From the NCBI GenBank assembly GCA_964016885.1, contig OZ024755.1, positions 11,842,001-11,906,000 on the forward strand: a stretch of DNA of 64,000 bases, read 5' to 3'. Position numbers and translations under genes: made by a program. The notes beneath the pieces were generated by a model, which saw nothing but the letters and a program-made list of their open reading frames with translations, was not told the DNA's origin and made no database searches. Below are positions 1-11,295 of the stretch, piece after piece. Position 1 is the first letter of the stretch; each line of letters begins with the position of its first letter. This DNA is from Eledone cirrhosa. Its lineage: Eukaryota.

Positions 1-24
1 ATATATACATATATACATATATAC

Positions 25-95
<71 letters not shown>

Positions 96-234
96 AACAC
101 ATACATACATGTGTGTGTGTGTGTATATATTTACATATATACATATGTATGTATCAATACAAATAAATATATATATATATATATATATACACAAACATAT
201 ATATATACACACCATATATATATATATATACACC

Positions 235-327
<93 letters not shown>

Positions 328-395
328 CATATACATATATATTTACATATATATACATATGTATGTATGAAAGAAGACATACGAATATATATACT

Positions 396-451
<56 letters not shown>

Positions 452-545
452 CATACATACACAACACACATACACATACATATACATACACACACACACA
501 CACACACGCACGCAAACACGCACGCACACACATATACATGTACGT

Positions 546-598
<53 letters not shown>
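1..598. repeat. Compound (TA)n/(CA)n microsatellite, representative of dozens of such tracts in the window
   Basis: Directly visible dinucleotide repeats; they produce the [12 protein letters not shown] ORFs. Confidence 0.97.
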
Positions 599-602
<4 letters not shown>

Positions 603-914
603 TATTCATATGTTATTTGTCTAGAATTATTCATGCTTTTGTATGTTTATATTTATTTGTCTATTTCTGTATTTCGCTGTGTTCTCCAGTCATGTCACCA
701 TGACCTCATTTTATTTAACAACATACCTTATGCGACAAAAATTTGGTCACCTCGTCTCAGACAATCTCTTCCTCTCTGTCATTTTTCTGTCTCCTCACTT
801 CATCTGCCTCTTTAGATCTTATTATATATTTATTATATACATACACAGACTCATGTGTGTATATGTATGTGTGTATGTATGTATGTATGTATGTATGTAT
901 ATATGTGTGTATGT

Positions 915-958
<44 letters not shown>

Positions 959-1005
959 ATTACAAATACATACGTTTACAAATACATACGTTTACACAGA
1001 GACAC

Positions 1006-1084
<79 letters not shown>

Positions 1085-1145
1085 TATATACATATATATG
1101 TATATATATCATATATATATTTATACTATATCTACACACAGACGC

Positions 1146-1210
<65 letters not shown>

Positions 1211-1213
<3 letters not shown>

Positions 1214-1327
1214 GAACGAGTAGGACCCCTGGTCCCACTCGTTCCTATTACCCACTCTACTACCCTAAGTATTGAGTACTTTGGTGCGTTTTGGTCCATC
1301 TCGTTCCTTACCTCATTTCCTTCGTTA
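1211..1327 (+). mobile_element. Penelope-like element 3' fragment (family C) with a short 5' foldback, inside (TA)n
   Basis: Inverted repeat aggaacgagtaggacc/ggtcccactcgttcct at 1212-1246. The body is near-identical to 58420-58517 and is flanked by (TA)n on both sides. Confidence 0.75.
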
Positions 1328-1401
1328 TATATGTATATATATATATATATATAAGTGTATATATATATATATATAAGTGTATATATATATATATACATAA
1401 G

Positions 1402-1498
<97 letters not shown>

Positions 1499-1505
1499 GT
1501 ATATA

Positions 1506-1548
<43 letters not shown>

Positions 1549-1563
1549 ATATATATATATATG

Positions 1564-1624
<61 letters not shown>

Positions 1625-1895
1625 GTGTGTGTGTGTGTGTATGTATTTATAAATATATGTAAGTATATATATATATATATATATATATACTTACATATAT
1701 TTATAAACACACACACACACACACACATACACACACATATATATATATATATATGGGGCTGTATGTGTAGGTAAACACACCTTGACGTTTTCTCAATACA
1801 GAGACACAACATTGCAAACACATTCTTACGTATGTATTTGTCTCACCACATATCCTCCTCTGTGTATCTCTCCACCACCACCACCTGTCTACATC

Positions 1896-1975
<80 letters not shown>

Positions 1976-2011
1976 CTTTGTGTGTGTATGTGTGTGTGAG
2001 TAAATAAGTAA

Positions 2012-2068
<57 letters not shown>

Positions 2069-2997
2069 TTATATCATGTCTTCCGTTCGTTTCTCTATCA
2101 CTCCTCACTCAATCTATCCATCTCTTACCCCTCTCTCACCTCCTCTCTCTCTGACTATTGATAATATAAAGTTCACCGACTTTCTGACTTTCCGATTCTC
2201 TCACAAACCCCACCACACTTCTTTCAGCTCACAAGCCTCCACCACACTCACTTCTCTTGTCTATTAATCTGTCTATTCGTCTGCCAAAGCATCAATCAGT
2301 CTGAGTGTCTGTCTATCTGTCTGTGTACATTTCTGTCTGTCTCTTTGACTGTCTATCTATCTGTCTGTATATCTTTTGGTCTATCTATCCGTCTCTCTCT
2401 CTCCGTCTCACTATGTCTGTTTATCTGTCTATTTCTTTCTCTCTTTATCTCACTGTCCGTCTGTCTGTCGACGTGTCTCTCTCTATCGCTAACAAGATAA
2501 ATCACAGTATATATTTCTTTCTGTTTGTTTGCTAATCTAACTTAATCTACCAATCTATCTCTCCGTCTATCTGTCTCTCAAACCATCTATCTACCTGTCT
2601 GTGTCCCTAACAACCACGTCACAGTCTTTCTTTCTGTTTGTCACACTGTCTGTAGTTTTCTCTAGCTACCGATCAATGTATCTGTAAGTCAGTCTTTATC
2701 AACATACATCACAATCTGTCCGTCACTCTCTCTCGATCTCACCTGCCAAAGTATGTCTGTCTCCGTGTTTGTATGCCTGGCCGGCCTCATCATTGGCTCT
2801 ATTCCTTAGTCAGGTTGCTGGTTTTACGAAAGAAATCAGCAATGCGCTGAATGAGAACACCTTAGATCTTGACGGCGACCGGTACGAAAAGAAAGCAGTC
2901 AGTCAAGCCTCAATCCCACACAAACCCTTTTCTCTTGCTTCTATGTGGATCTATCTATCAATCTACGTACCTACACACATATTATATATATATATAT

Positions 2998-3073
<76 letters not shown>

Positions 3074-3166
3074 TATATATATACAGTATTATATATATAC
3101 AGTATATATATATATATATATATATACAGTATTAATAAATGGAAACTATATTCATAAAACCATATT

Positions 3167-3231
3167 TATTTCATTATACATATTTCAAGGATACCAAGTT
3201 AAATCATGGTATGCCTTCATCAGACAAAATA
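3167..3231 (-). ncRNA. Type I hammerhead ribozyme (family E copy)
   Basis: Minus strand: tattttgt-CTGATGA-aggcatacca..tggtatcctt-GAAA-tatgta-TA-atgaaata. Homologous to the 4001-4341 element. Confidence 0.75.
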
Positions 3232-3489
3232 CAATATATAACAGTTTTACAAGTAGATAATTGACATACCCTTTCAAAAAGGTGACCGTTGTTTTTGGAG
3301 GCCGTCCGGATAGTGGTTTGTTTACTTTAGTAAGTCATAGTGTTAAGAGTAAGTAAAAAGATGGAGAGAGAGAGAGAGAGAGAGAAACGTGGAGAAAAGA
3401 AAGGGAAAGATAGATAAAGAAAAAGAAGAAAGCAAATATATATATATATATATATATATAGTTATGTAATAAACAACATAAGGCAATTA

Positions 3490-3550
3490 TTTCATTTACC
3501 AGTGGTTTCTTAAAAGCAAACAAATTTTGCTTTCAATCATCAGAATGAAA
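3490..3550 (-). ncRNA. Type I hammerhead ribozyme (family B, left arm)
   Basis: Minus strand: tttcatt-CTGATGA-ttgaaagcaaa..tttgcttttaa-GAAA-ccactgg-TA-aatgaaa, with a perfect 7-bp stem I. Confidence 0.8.
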
Positions 3551-3624
3551 AAATTCTGGTGTATTTATTGACATTGGATTTTAAAAACCTTTTTAAAATC
3601 CAATGTCAATAAATACACCAGGAT

Positions 3625-3687
3625 TTTTTATTCTGATGATTGAAAGCAAAATTTGTTTGCTTTTAAGAAACCACTGGTAAATGAAAT
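3625..3687 (+). ncRNA. Type I hammerhead ribozyme (family B, right arm)
   Basis: CTGATGA at 3633-3639, GAAA at 3667-3670, GTA cleavage triplet ending at 3679, stem I ttttatt/aatgaaa. Confidence 0.8.
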
Positions 3688-3875
3688 AATTGCCTTATGT
3701 TGTTTATTCATAATATATAAGTGACTATAACGTCAAAATGGAAAATAATTAACGTAAGATATGGGAAAATAATTCAAACTCAATTAAAAAAAAATCAAGA
3801 CAGAGATTTTATCCACAGATTTTGTGAAATGCAGGAGAAAAACCAATAGAGTCTTAACTCAGATATATATGTATA

Positions 3876-3954
<79 letters not shown>

Positions 3955-4044
3955 TATATATATAGATATATATATAGATATATATATAGATATATATATA
4001 CCATGATATTAAATAAATGGAAACTATATTTATAAAATCATATT

Positions 4045-4109
4045 TATTTTATTATATATATTTCAAGGGCAACCAAGACAATATTGGTGCGCTTTCATCA
4101 GATAAAATA
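4045..4109 (-). ncRNA. Type I hammerhead ribozyme (family E, left arm)
   Basis: Reverse-complement counterpart of the 4233-4297 motif, with the core intact. Confidence 0.8.
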
Positions 4110-4232
4110 CAAAGTTTGTTTTATAAATAGAGACGTACCCATGAAAATCATACCTTATCGGTTGGAAATTCACTTGATAGTCGATAAGATATGATTTTCA
4201 TGGGTACGTCTCTATTTATAAAACAAACTTTG

Positions 4233-4297
4233 TATTTTATCTGATGAAAGCGCACCAATGTTATCTTGGTTGCCCTTGAAATATATATAATAAAATA
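4233..4297 (+). ncRNA. Type I hammerhead ribozyme (family E, right arm)
   Basis: tattttat-CTGATGA(4241)-aagcgcaccaa..ttggttgccctt-GAAA(4278)-tatata-TA-ataaaata; 8-bp stem I and palindromic stem III. Confidence 0.82.
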
Positions 4298-4516
4298 AAT
4301 ATGGTTTTATAAATATAGTTTCCATTTATTTAATATCATGGAATATTTACTCCAGTAACTTGTTGAGTGCTCTAAATCAGTTATCAACATTTATGTTTGT
4401 CGGACTTCCAACAAATTAAATACAACTTCTACACACACACCTATATATATATATATACATACATATATATATATATACATACATATATATATATTTACAT
4501 ACATACATATATATAC

Positions 4517-4595
<79 letters not shown>

Positions 4596-4694
4596 CATAC
4601 ATACATACATACATACATACATACATACATACATACATAACATAGATACATACATACATGCATACATACATACATACATACATGCATACATACA

Positions 4695-4725
<31 letters not shown>

Positions 4726-4924
4726 GTATATATACATACATACATACATATGTATATATACATACATACATATATATATATATATACATACATACATACA
4801 TATATATATATAGAGAGAGAGAGACACATGTTTATATGGAAAACGATATTAAAGATTTAACCAGCTGATTATGTGGAGGGCGGGCGTGGGTGAATGAGTA
4901 CTGATATTTATATAATATTATTAT

Positions 4925-5112
4925 GGATTGGCAGTATCGGTAGAGGGTCGGACGCCATGCTTTCCAGCATAGTTACGTCCCTTTACGATCTGAGTTCAAA
5001 TCCCGCCGAGGTTGACTTTGCCTTTCATCCTTACGGGGTCGATAAAATAAAGTACCAGTAATGCACTGGATAATTGCTGGCCTTGTGCCTAAAGTAGAAA
5101 CAATTATTATTA
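4925..5112 (+). mobile_element. tRNA-derived SINE, family 1 (young copy)
   Basis: A-box-like tggcagtatcgg, B-box gagttcaaatcc, core gttgactttgcctttcatccttacggggtcgataaaataaagtaccag and (ATT)n tail. More than 20 dispersed copies in the window. Confidence 0.9.
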
Positions 5113-5344
5113 TATAAAAACTACGTAGTATAACGGCGGTAGGTTAATAACATCCGGCTTCCTCGTGCCAGTAATTGGTGCGGGTCGATGGGCGATTGAG
5201 TTACAGTTAGAAGAACATGCCTAACCCAGCTCATCCTTGAGCCGTATTGTAAGGTGTCTGAGATCAAGTGTAGGCGTATGGTTTATGTCTGGTTTAGGTT
5301 CGAGGTTGGTTTTGATTTTCTAGGTGTATTTAATTACAAAGAGT

Positions 5345-5410
5345 AAGGTAATCGACGATCATCGTGCTTAAGTCCTTTCGAAACGGCGTAAGCTTAACCG
5401 TACTGCTTAC
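5345..5410 (+). ncRNA. Decayed hammerhead-like motif in a probable Penelope-like 3' fragment
   Basis: tcgacga (mutated core)...GAAAcgg-cgtaagcttaa-ccGTA-ctgctt. Stem III has a palindromic loop, and the element runs into TA repeats at ~5495. Confidence 0.4.
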
Positions 5411-5518
5411 ATATGTTAAAAGAATATCTACTCCTTTTCTTTAACGTATGGAGTACTGAGTCAAATAGTGGTTTTACTAGTTTCAAATAGGAACATATGT
5501 GTACATGTTTATCTCGTA

Positions 5519-5565
<47 letters not shown>

Positions 5566-5675
5566 TGTGTGAGTGTGTGCGCGTGCTTGCGTGCGTGAAT
5601 TGTACTATGTACACTAGAATTGAGTCCTGTTTTTATAGTTTAATTCGTGTATCTCTGAGTGTATGTATGTGTATG

Positions 5676-5732
<57 letters not shown>

Positions 5733-6027
5733 CATGAATGTATGTGCGCAGACACACATATATACACACACACACATACGTATACATATCTATGAATACA
5801 CACACTCACACCCATTGATATTTTATGGTCTCGTTGTCTAGCTGTAAAATGTGATAATTCATATTTCTTTCAATGGTTTTTTTTTCATTTAAACTAACAC
5901 CATTTCTCTGTCTCCACACTTTTACTATTTATTCATTTAACACTCCTATCTACTACACTACCTGTCTACAAGCCTAACAACACAATCAGTTTAACAATGG
6001 CTTGTTATATTTATATGTATATCTATA

Positions 6028-6660
6028 ATAATTGTTTCTACTTTTGGCACAAGGCCAGCAATTTCGGGGAGAAGGAAAGTCGATTAAATAGACCCCAGTG
6101 TGTTACTGGTACTTTATTTTATCGATCCTGTAAAGATGAAAGACAAACCTAACCTCGGCAAGATTTGAACTCAGACCGTAGAAAGACATAACTCTATACT
6201 GCAAAGCATATTGTCCGACGCTCTACTGATACTGCCACTCCAGTGCCTTTATAATGGTTTCTACTTTAGGCACAAGGCCAGCAATTACCCAGTGCATTAC
6301 TCGTACTTTATTTTATCGACCCCGTAAGGATGAAAGGCAAAGTCAACCTCAGCGGGATTTGAACTCAGATCGTAAAGGGACGTAACTATGCTGGAAAGCA
6401 TGGCGTCCGACCCTCTACCGATACTGCCACTCCAGTGCCTTTATAATGGCTTCTTATAATGGCACAAAGCCAACAAATTGTAGGGAAAAGGGAAGTCGAA
6501 ATATACCGACCCGAGTGCCTAACTCGTACTTTACCTTATCCACCCTGGAGGGATGAAAGGCAAAGCTGACCTCGGTGAGAAATGAACAAATAACATAGAA
6601 ATTCGTAACAAAATACCTGTTAAGCAGCTTGACTGACGCTCTACCCATATTGTCAACCTA
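6028..6660 (-). mobile_element. Three tandem SINE family 1 copies
   Basis: Reverse-complement SINE cores at ~6030-6245, ~6251-6440 and ~6455-6660. Confidence 0.85.
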
Positions 6661-6671
6661 TCTATATTAAT

Positions 6672-7012
6672 AGAGAGGTGCTACACCCCAGTAAATTCGC
6701 TGAAAGGTGGATAAATGTGGGCGAAAATGGCCCGAGTGAATGGTTCTCTGTATATAAACCTGTAGGTTGAGGAAGATAAACAGAGGGAAGACGGGAACAC
6801 CTACAAAACATGTTCCTGGTGTTGAGGGTTGTTCTATCCACGGAGTGTAAAATAACCCCGCAGTAAATTTCCCCCCTAATGGGGATTTCGATTGTTTTAT
6901 TTTATATATAGTTTATTGTTATTCATCATTGTTAAAGATTTTATGTAAAACCCCCGCCGTCACGTCTTGTAATGTCCCATTTTTGTACGCCCCTGTGGCA
7001 AATAAGGAAAGA
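6672..7012 (+). mobile_element. L1/Tx1-like LINE 3' end
   Basis: REVLHPSKFAERW-like coding remnant plus a 3' UTR ending gcccctgtggcaaataa. Homologous to 46292-46745. Confidence 0.7.
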
Positions 7013-7089
7013 TATCTATAATAATAAATGAACATGTCTGTACGTGTGTCCGCATGGCTTTCTGACTTCAGCAAATATGAGTACTGTCA

Positions 7090-7260
7090 GACGTGTGGCT
7101 GAGTGGTTAGAGAATTGGATTCATAATCTTAAGGTTGTGTGTTCGATTCCTGGACCGGGCGATGCGTTATGTCCTTGAGCAAGACACTTTATTTCACGTT
7201 GCTCCTTCTACCTGGAGTTGTGACCGATAGATAGTACTAGCAACTGGAAAGACAGACGAA
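7090..7260 (+). mobile_element. tRNA-derived CORE-like SINE, family 2
   Basis: tggctgagtggttaga (A box), gttcgattcc (B box), tgtccttgagcaagacacttt (CORE-like). Confidence 0.75.
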
Positions 7261-7754
7261 CGCATTGTTTACTCGGTCCGATATATATATGCCATGTCAA
7301 CGGCGCTTTACTTTGGGGTGATTTATAATTGTGCCCTTGTAACATTTAATCCAGGTGGAGTTCACCCTTCTTCTCTAGTTCAAACATATTCGATTTCTTT
7401 AAAGGAGAGAGGAACGCGGAAGAGGGGGAGGAAACGACTCCAGTATTAAACTGGTACTTTATTTGTCAACAACGAAAAGATGAAAAGTAAAGTTGACCTC
7501 AGCGGCTATTTGAAATCATTAACGTAAGGATTGTAGTTGTCATAATTAGAGATGGTATTGGCGGGGGTGGATGGTGTTGGTGATGTCCTGATGCCAGTAA
7601 TGTGGGGAATATGATGAGAGTAATTGTGATATGTTAGTGATTCAAACAACTCTGTCACTACTTACATAAATATTGTGCATAAGTATTACAGTAAATATAC
7701 CGCAAATTCAAATATGTTCTCACATTACGATATCATAATATAAGTGTAAATCAG

Positions 7755-7905
7755 TGGATTGAGAATATCGATAAAGCATCGAACATACATTGCGTCATAT
7801 AGTTACGATCCATTACTTTCCGAGTTCAAATACCGCCGAGGTTAGCTTTGTCTTTCATCCTTATGGGGTCGATAAAATAAAGTATCAGTAATGCACTGAA
7901 GTCCA
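7755..7905 (+). mobile_element. SINE family 1
   Basis: gagttcaaataccgccgaggttagctttgtctttcatcc core. Confidence 0.8.
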
Positions 7906-8074
7906 TTTAACTTCCATTTAACTTCACTTTATTTATAAAATAAGTGATTCGTTGCACTGAGGCTATGGGATATACGACAGTCGATACAGAAATTGATACG
8001 GGTTCAATTTTCTCAAATGTATTATGCTGGGATTAATTAAGTTGAGTAGGGCAGTCACCATGTTGTGGAGAATA

Positions 8075-8360
8075 AACGTCATTATGAAATATGGACCTTG
8101 ACAGCAGAAAACCTGTGAAGTCTAGAACGAAATGAAGTGAGCTTCAATGGGCGTGTAATGTCGGTGTACATGAACGACGTAATATAAGCGAGTTGACAAA
8201 TAAAGCATGGCATGAGAGGAATTGGACGCAGAGTGCAAGAGAGAAGACTGCGCTGGTATGGACACCTCATGCGTATGAAAGATGGCAGCTGTATAATGAC
8301 GTCCAGAGAAGGCAAATCCAAGAAGATATGGGATGAAGAAATGAAGACCAGAATTAAATA
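8075..8360 (+). mobile_element. RTE-clade LINE ORF2 C-terminal remnant
   Basis: Translates to EIWTLTAENL*SLERNE and IGRRVQERRLRWYGHLMRM (RLRWxGHxxR motif). Confidence 0.8.
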
Positions 8361-8389
8361 AGGTACACAATACATTAGTAGAGAAGTTA

Positions 8390-8680
8390 CGACCATGCTA
8401 TCTCTCAATGGTTTCCTTACCACTACACTGTCCACCATTAGTTTATCTACCACCCTACTGTCTCCGCATGGTTTCCCAACCACGATATGGCCCATCAATG
8501 CGTTCCTTTCAACCATACGATCTCCCAATGGTTTATCTACCACCCTGCTGTTCCCCGTATGGTTTCCCTACCACCATATTCTCTCCTAATTGTTTCCTTA
8601 CCACCATACTCTCTCCCAATGGTTGATCTACCATTATGTTATCCAGTAACGGTTTATCTCTTAACATACTATCCACTATA
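8390..8680. repeat. Degenerate minisatellite of ~38 bp (tctcccaatggtttatctaccaccctactg)
   Basis: Recurrent ctc(c)caatggttt...accac units. Confidence 0.75.
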
Positions 8681-8974
8681 TTAAAGAAACTGACTCACTT
8701 TGTCTCTCAATCCCACAAACCCAACAAAACAAATATGAAAACCTTTGTCTGGAGGTTTTCTCAGATTTCCCACAGCTGGTTGTGATTATAAAAGATTCGA
8801 AAGTTAACAAAGGGACGACCAACAAATGTCATTGCCGTCTTTACCCCCTCCATGTTTTTCAACGATACAGGTCATTTCCCACTTTTCTTTCTCTCTCAAG
8901 TGTGCATCGCCTGTTCTACATTGTTCTTGTTTTCTAGGTGTATTTGTAACGGACAAACAATATCCAAACAAACA

Positions 8975-9525
8975 ATAATTACTTAAAATTTAGGCACAAG
9001 GCCAGCAATTTGACGATAGAGAGAAGTCGATTAAATCAACCACAGTATTTTACTGGTACTTTATTTAATCGACCCTGGAAGGGTGAAAGGCAAAGTTAAC
9101 TTCGGCTGGATTTGAACTGAGATTGTTCAAATCCAGCCGATGTCAAACAACAAATAATAATAGTTTCTGACTTAGACACAAGGCCAGCAATTTTGGGGGA
9201 AGGGAAAGTCAATTAAATCGACCCCAGTGCGTTACTGGTACTTTTATTTGATCGACCCGGTGATGATGAAAGCCAAAGTTGACTTCGGCGAGATTTCACC
9301 TCAGATTGTTTAAATCCCGCAGAAGTTAAACAACAAATAATAATAATAGTTTCTTATATAGGCACAAGGCCAGCAATTTGGGAGGAGGGGAAAGTCGATT
9401 AAATCGACCCCAGTGCGTAACTGGTAGTACTTTACAAGGCAAAGTTAACCTCGACGGGATTTTAACCCAGACCGTAAAGGGACGTAACTATGCTGGAAAG
9501 CATGGCGTCAGACCCTCTACCGATA
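8975..9525 (-). mobile_element. Three tandem SINE family 1 copies, two with a foldback at the truncated 5' end
   Basis: Cores at ~8975-9125, 9160-9305 and 9345-9525; hairpin tcggctggatttgaac/gttcaaatccagccga at 9102-9140. Confidence 0.85.
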
Positions 9526-9709
9526 TGAAATAAAGGTCTCTCCTTCACACATGAAAATTGCCATGTAAGTCAAATGACACTAGTTAGTCGGGGAGGTAGG
9601 TGGACTTGGTGACTGGGTGGGTTTATAAGTTCAAATTTTGCTACAGTCGTGTCCGGAAGGTCACTATCAATACCGGTTCAGTGACAATGATTATTAATCA
9701 GAAAACGGT

Positions 9710-10100
9710 TGTTGTGGGACATTGGTCGCTATATGGCAATTGGTGCTATGGGACAATGGTTGCTGTATGGCATGGTGCTGTGGTACAATGGTGCTGGAGG
9801 ACAGTGGTTTCTGTGGGCCAATGGTCGCTATATGGCAATGGTCACTGTGGGACAATGGTTGCTGTATGGCATGGTGCTGTGGTACAATGGTGCTGGAGGA
9901 CAGTGGTTTCTGTGGGACAATGGTCGCTATATGGCAATGGTCACTGTGGGACAATGGTTGCTGTATGGCATGGTGCTGTGGTACAATGGTGCTGGAGGAC
10001 AGTGGTTTCTGTGGGACAATGGTCGCTATATGGCAATGGTCACTGTGGGACAATGGTCGCATTGTGGCAGTGGTTGTTATATGACAATGGTTGCTATAAA
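9710..10100. repeat. 99-bp tandem repeat (~3.5 copies) built from ~16-17-bp caatgg subunits
   Basis: gggacaatggttgctgtatggc recurs at 9750, 9849 and 9948; the ORF track shows a 33-aa period. Confidence 0.92.
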
Positions 10101-10109
10101 GACAACTGT

Positions 10110-10498
10110 TTAGTTACGACTTTCTACGTTATTAGTTGAAATCCCGCTGAAGTCATCTTTACCTTTCATCCTTCTGGGGTCAATAAGCTAAAGTACCAGT
10201 TAATTACTGGGGAAGATACGATGGAATTTCCACATCTTCTAAATGCTGGTTTGTGCCAACATTAGAAAGAATTATTATCTGGTAGGGAGAATCGTTGGCT
10301 TCTCGGACGAATTCTTCGTAGTTCTTGTTGCGCCCCTTTTACATTCTGAGTTCAAATCCCGCCAAGGCTAGCTCTGCCTTTCATCCTTACGGGGTCGATA
10401 AAATAAAGTACCAGTAAAGCACTGGGGCCGATTTCATCGACTTTCCCCTACCCCAAAATTGCTGGCCTTGTGCCTATATAAGAAATCATTATTATTAT

Positions 10499-10500
<2 letters not shown>
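10110..10500 (+). mobile_element. Two tandem SINE family 1 copies followed by a (TAG/CAG)n tract
   Basis: Cores at ~10135-10270 and ~10345-10495. Confidence 0.8.
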
Positions 10501-10540
<40 letters not shown>

Positions 10541-11084
10541 CAGCAGCAGCAGCAGTAGTAGTAGTAATTAGTAGTAGCATCAGCAGTGGCAGCATCAGCA
10601 GTAGTAGTAGTAGTAGTAGCAGTAGTAGTAGTAGTAGCAGTAGTAGTAAATATACATGTAGTGCATCTGAAAGGCAACGCGCGTGTGTGAATGAGTGAGA
10701 GAGAAAGTGAGGAAGAGGGGGGGGGGAGAAAATGAGACCGGCTGCATCATTGCTATAAATCTAGCAACAGGTTTTCTTTCCTTCACAATTGCATCTACAT
10801 CAATTGAATGTTTTTCCTGGTTTTTAACATAATTCTTTTATTTATCTATTTATTAATTTATTTCTGCCTCTATTAATATCATCAAACGCATCTGTCTAGA
10901 CAAGTATTATTTGTCATTGCTTGTGCACATAATACGATTCTATAATTTCATAAACTTTATAAACTCTTCGTTCCCCGACCACGCTTATCTCTCATAATAT
11001 TAAATCAATGTTTTGCAGTAAGCGAGGTCTCATTTGTATTCATATTTACTTATCCGTTTATTTAGGTGGATTGGCAGAGTAATG

Positions 11085-11295
11085 GATTCGCAGAAACGTT
11101 AAAGTGGCTGACAAAATGTTTTACGATGTTTAATTCCGTCTCTTCACGTTCAGAGTTCAAATACCACCGAGGTCAACTTGGCCTTTTTTTCTAACAAGAG
11201 TTGATCAAATTTATTACCAGTAATATACTGGAGTCGATTTAATCGACTTTCAATTACCCCCAAAATGATGGTCTTGTGCCAAAATTAGAAACCAT
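11085..11295 (+). mobile_element. SINE family 1 (older copy)
   Basis: gagttcaaataccaccgaggtcaacttggcc...ggtcttgtgccaaaattagaaac. Confidence 0.75.

Larger units (their letters stand above)
3462..3713. mobile_element. ~250-bp foldback palindrome of Penelope-like family B next to (TA)n
   Basis: Near-perfect inverted arms meeting near 3588. Related copies at 30982-31093 and 57480-57580. Confidence 0.85.
4001..4430. mobile_element. ~340-bp foldback palindrome (4001-4341) plus 3' extension, Penelope-like family E
   Basis: Near-perfect inverted arms ccatgatattaaataaatgg...ccatttatttaatatcatgg with a ~20-bp spacer, bounded by (TA)n and CA/TA repeats. Confidence 0.85.

Noticed and set aside
2769-2950. 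Possible host exon (more GC-rich open stretch)
   Set aside because: No recognisable domain or supported splice sites. It cannot be excluded without RNA-seq.
3462-4341. Reading the palindromes as DNA-transposon MITEs or assembly artefacts
   Set aside because: Arms carry hammerheads, fold back at variable points, differ by substitutions and have single-arm relatives elsewhere in the window, which favours a retroelement origin.
9600-10139. Repetitive Cys/Trp/Gly-rich protein
   Set aside because: Open in several frames on both strands because the 99-bp repeat is a multiple of three; no evidence for coding.
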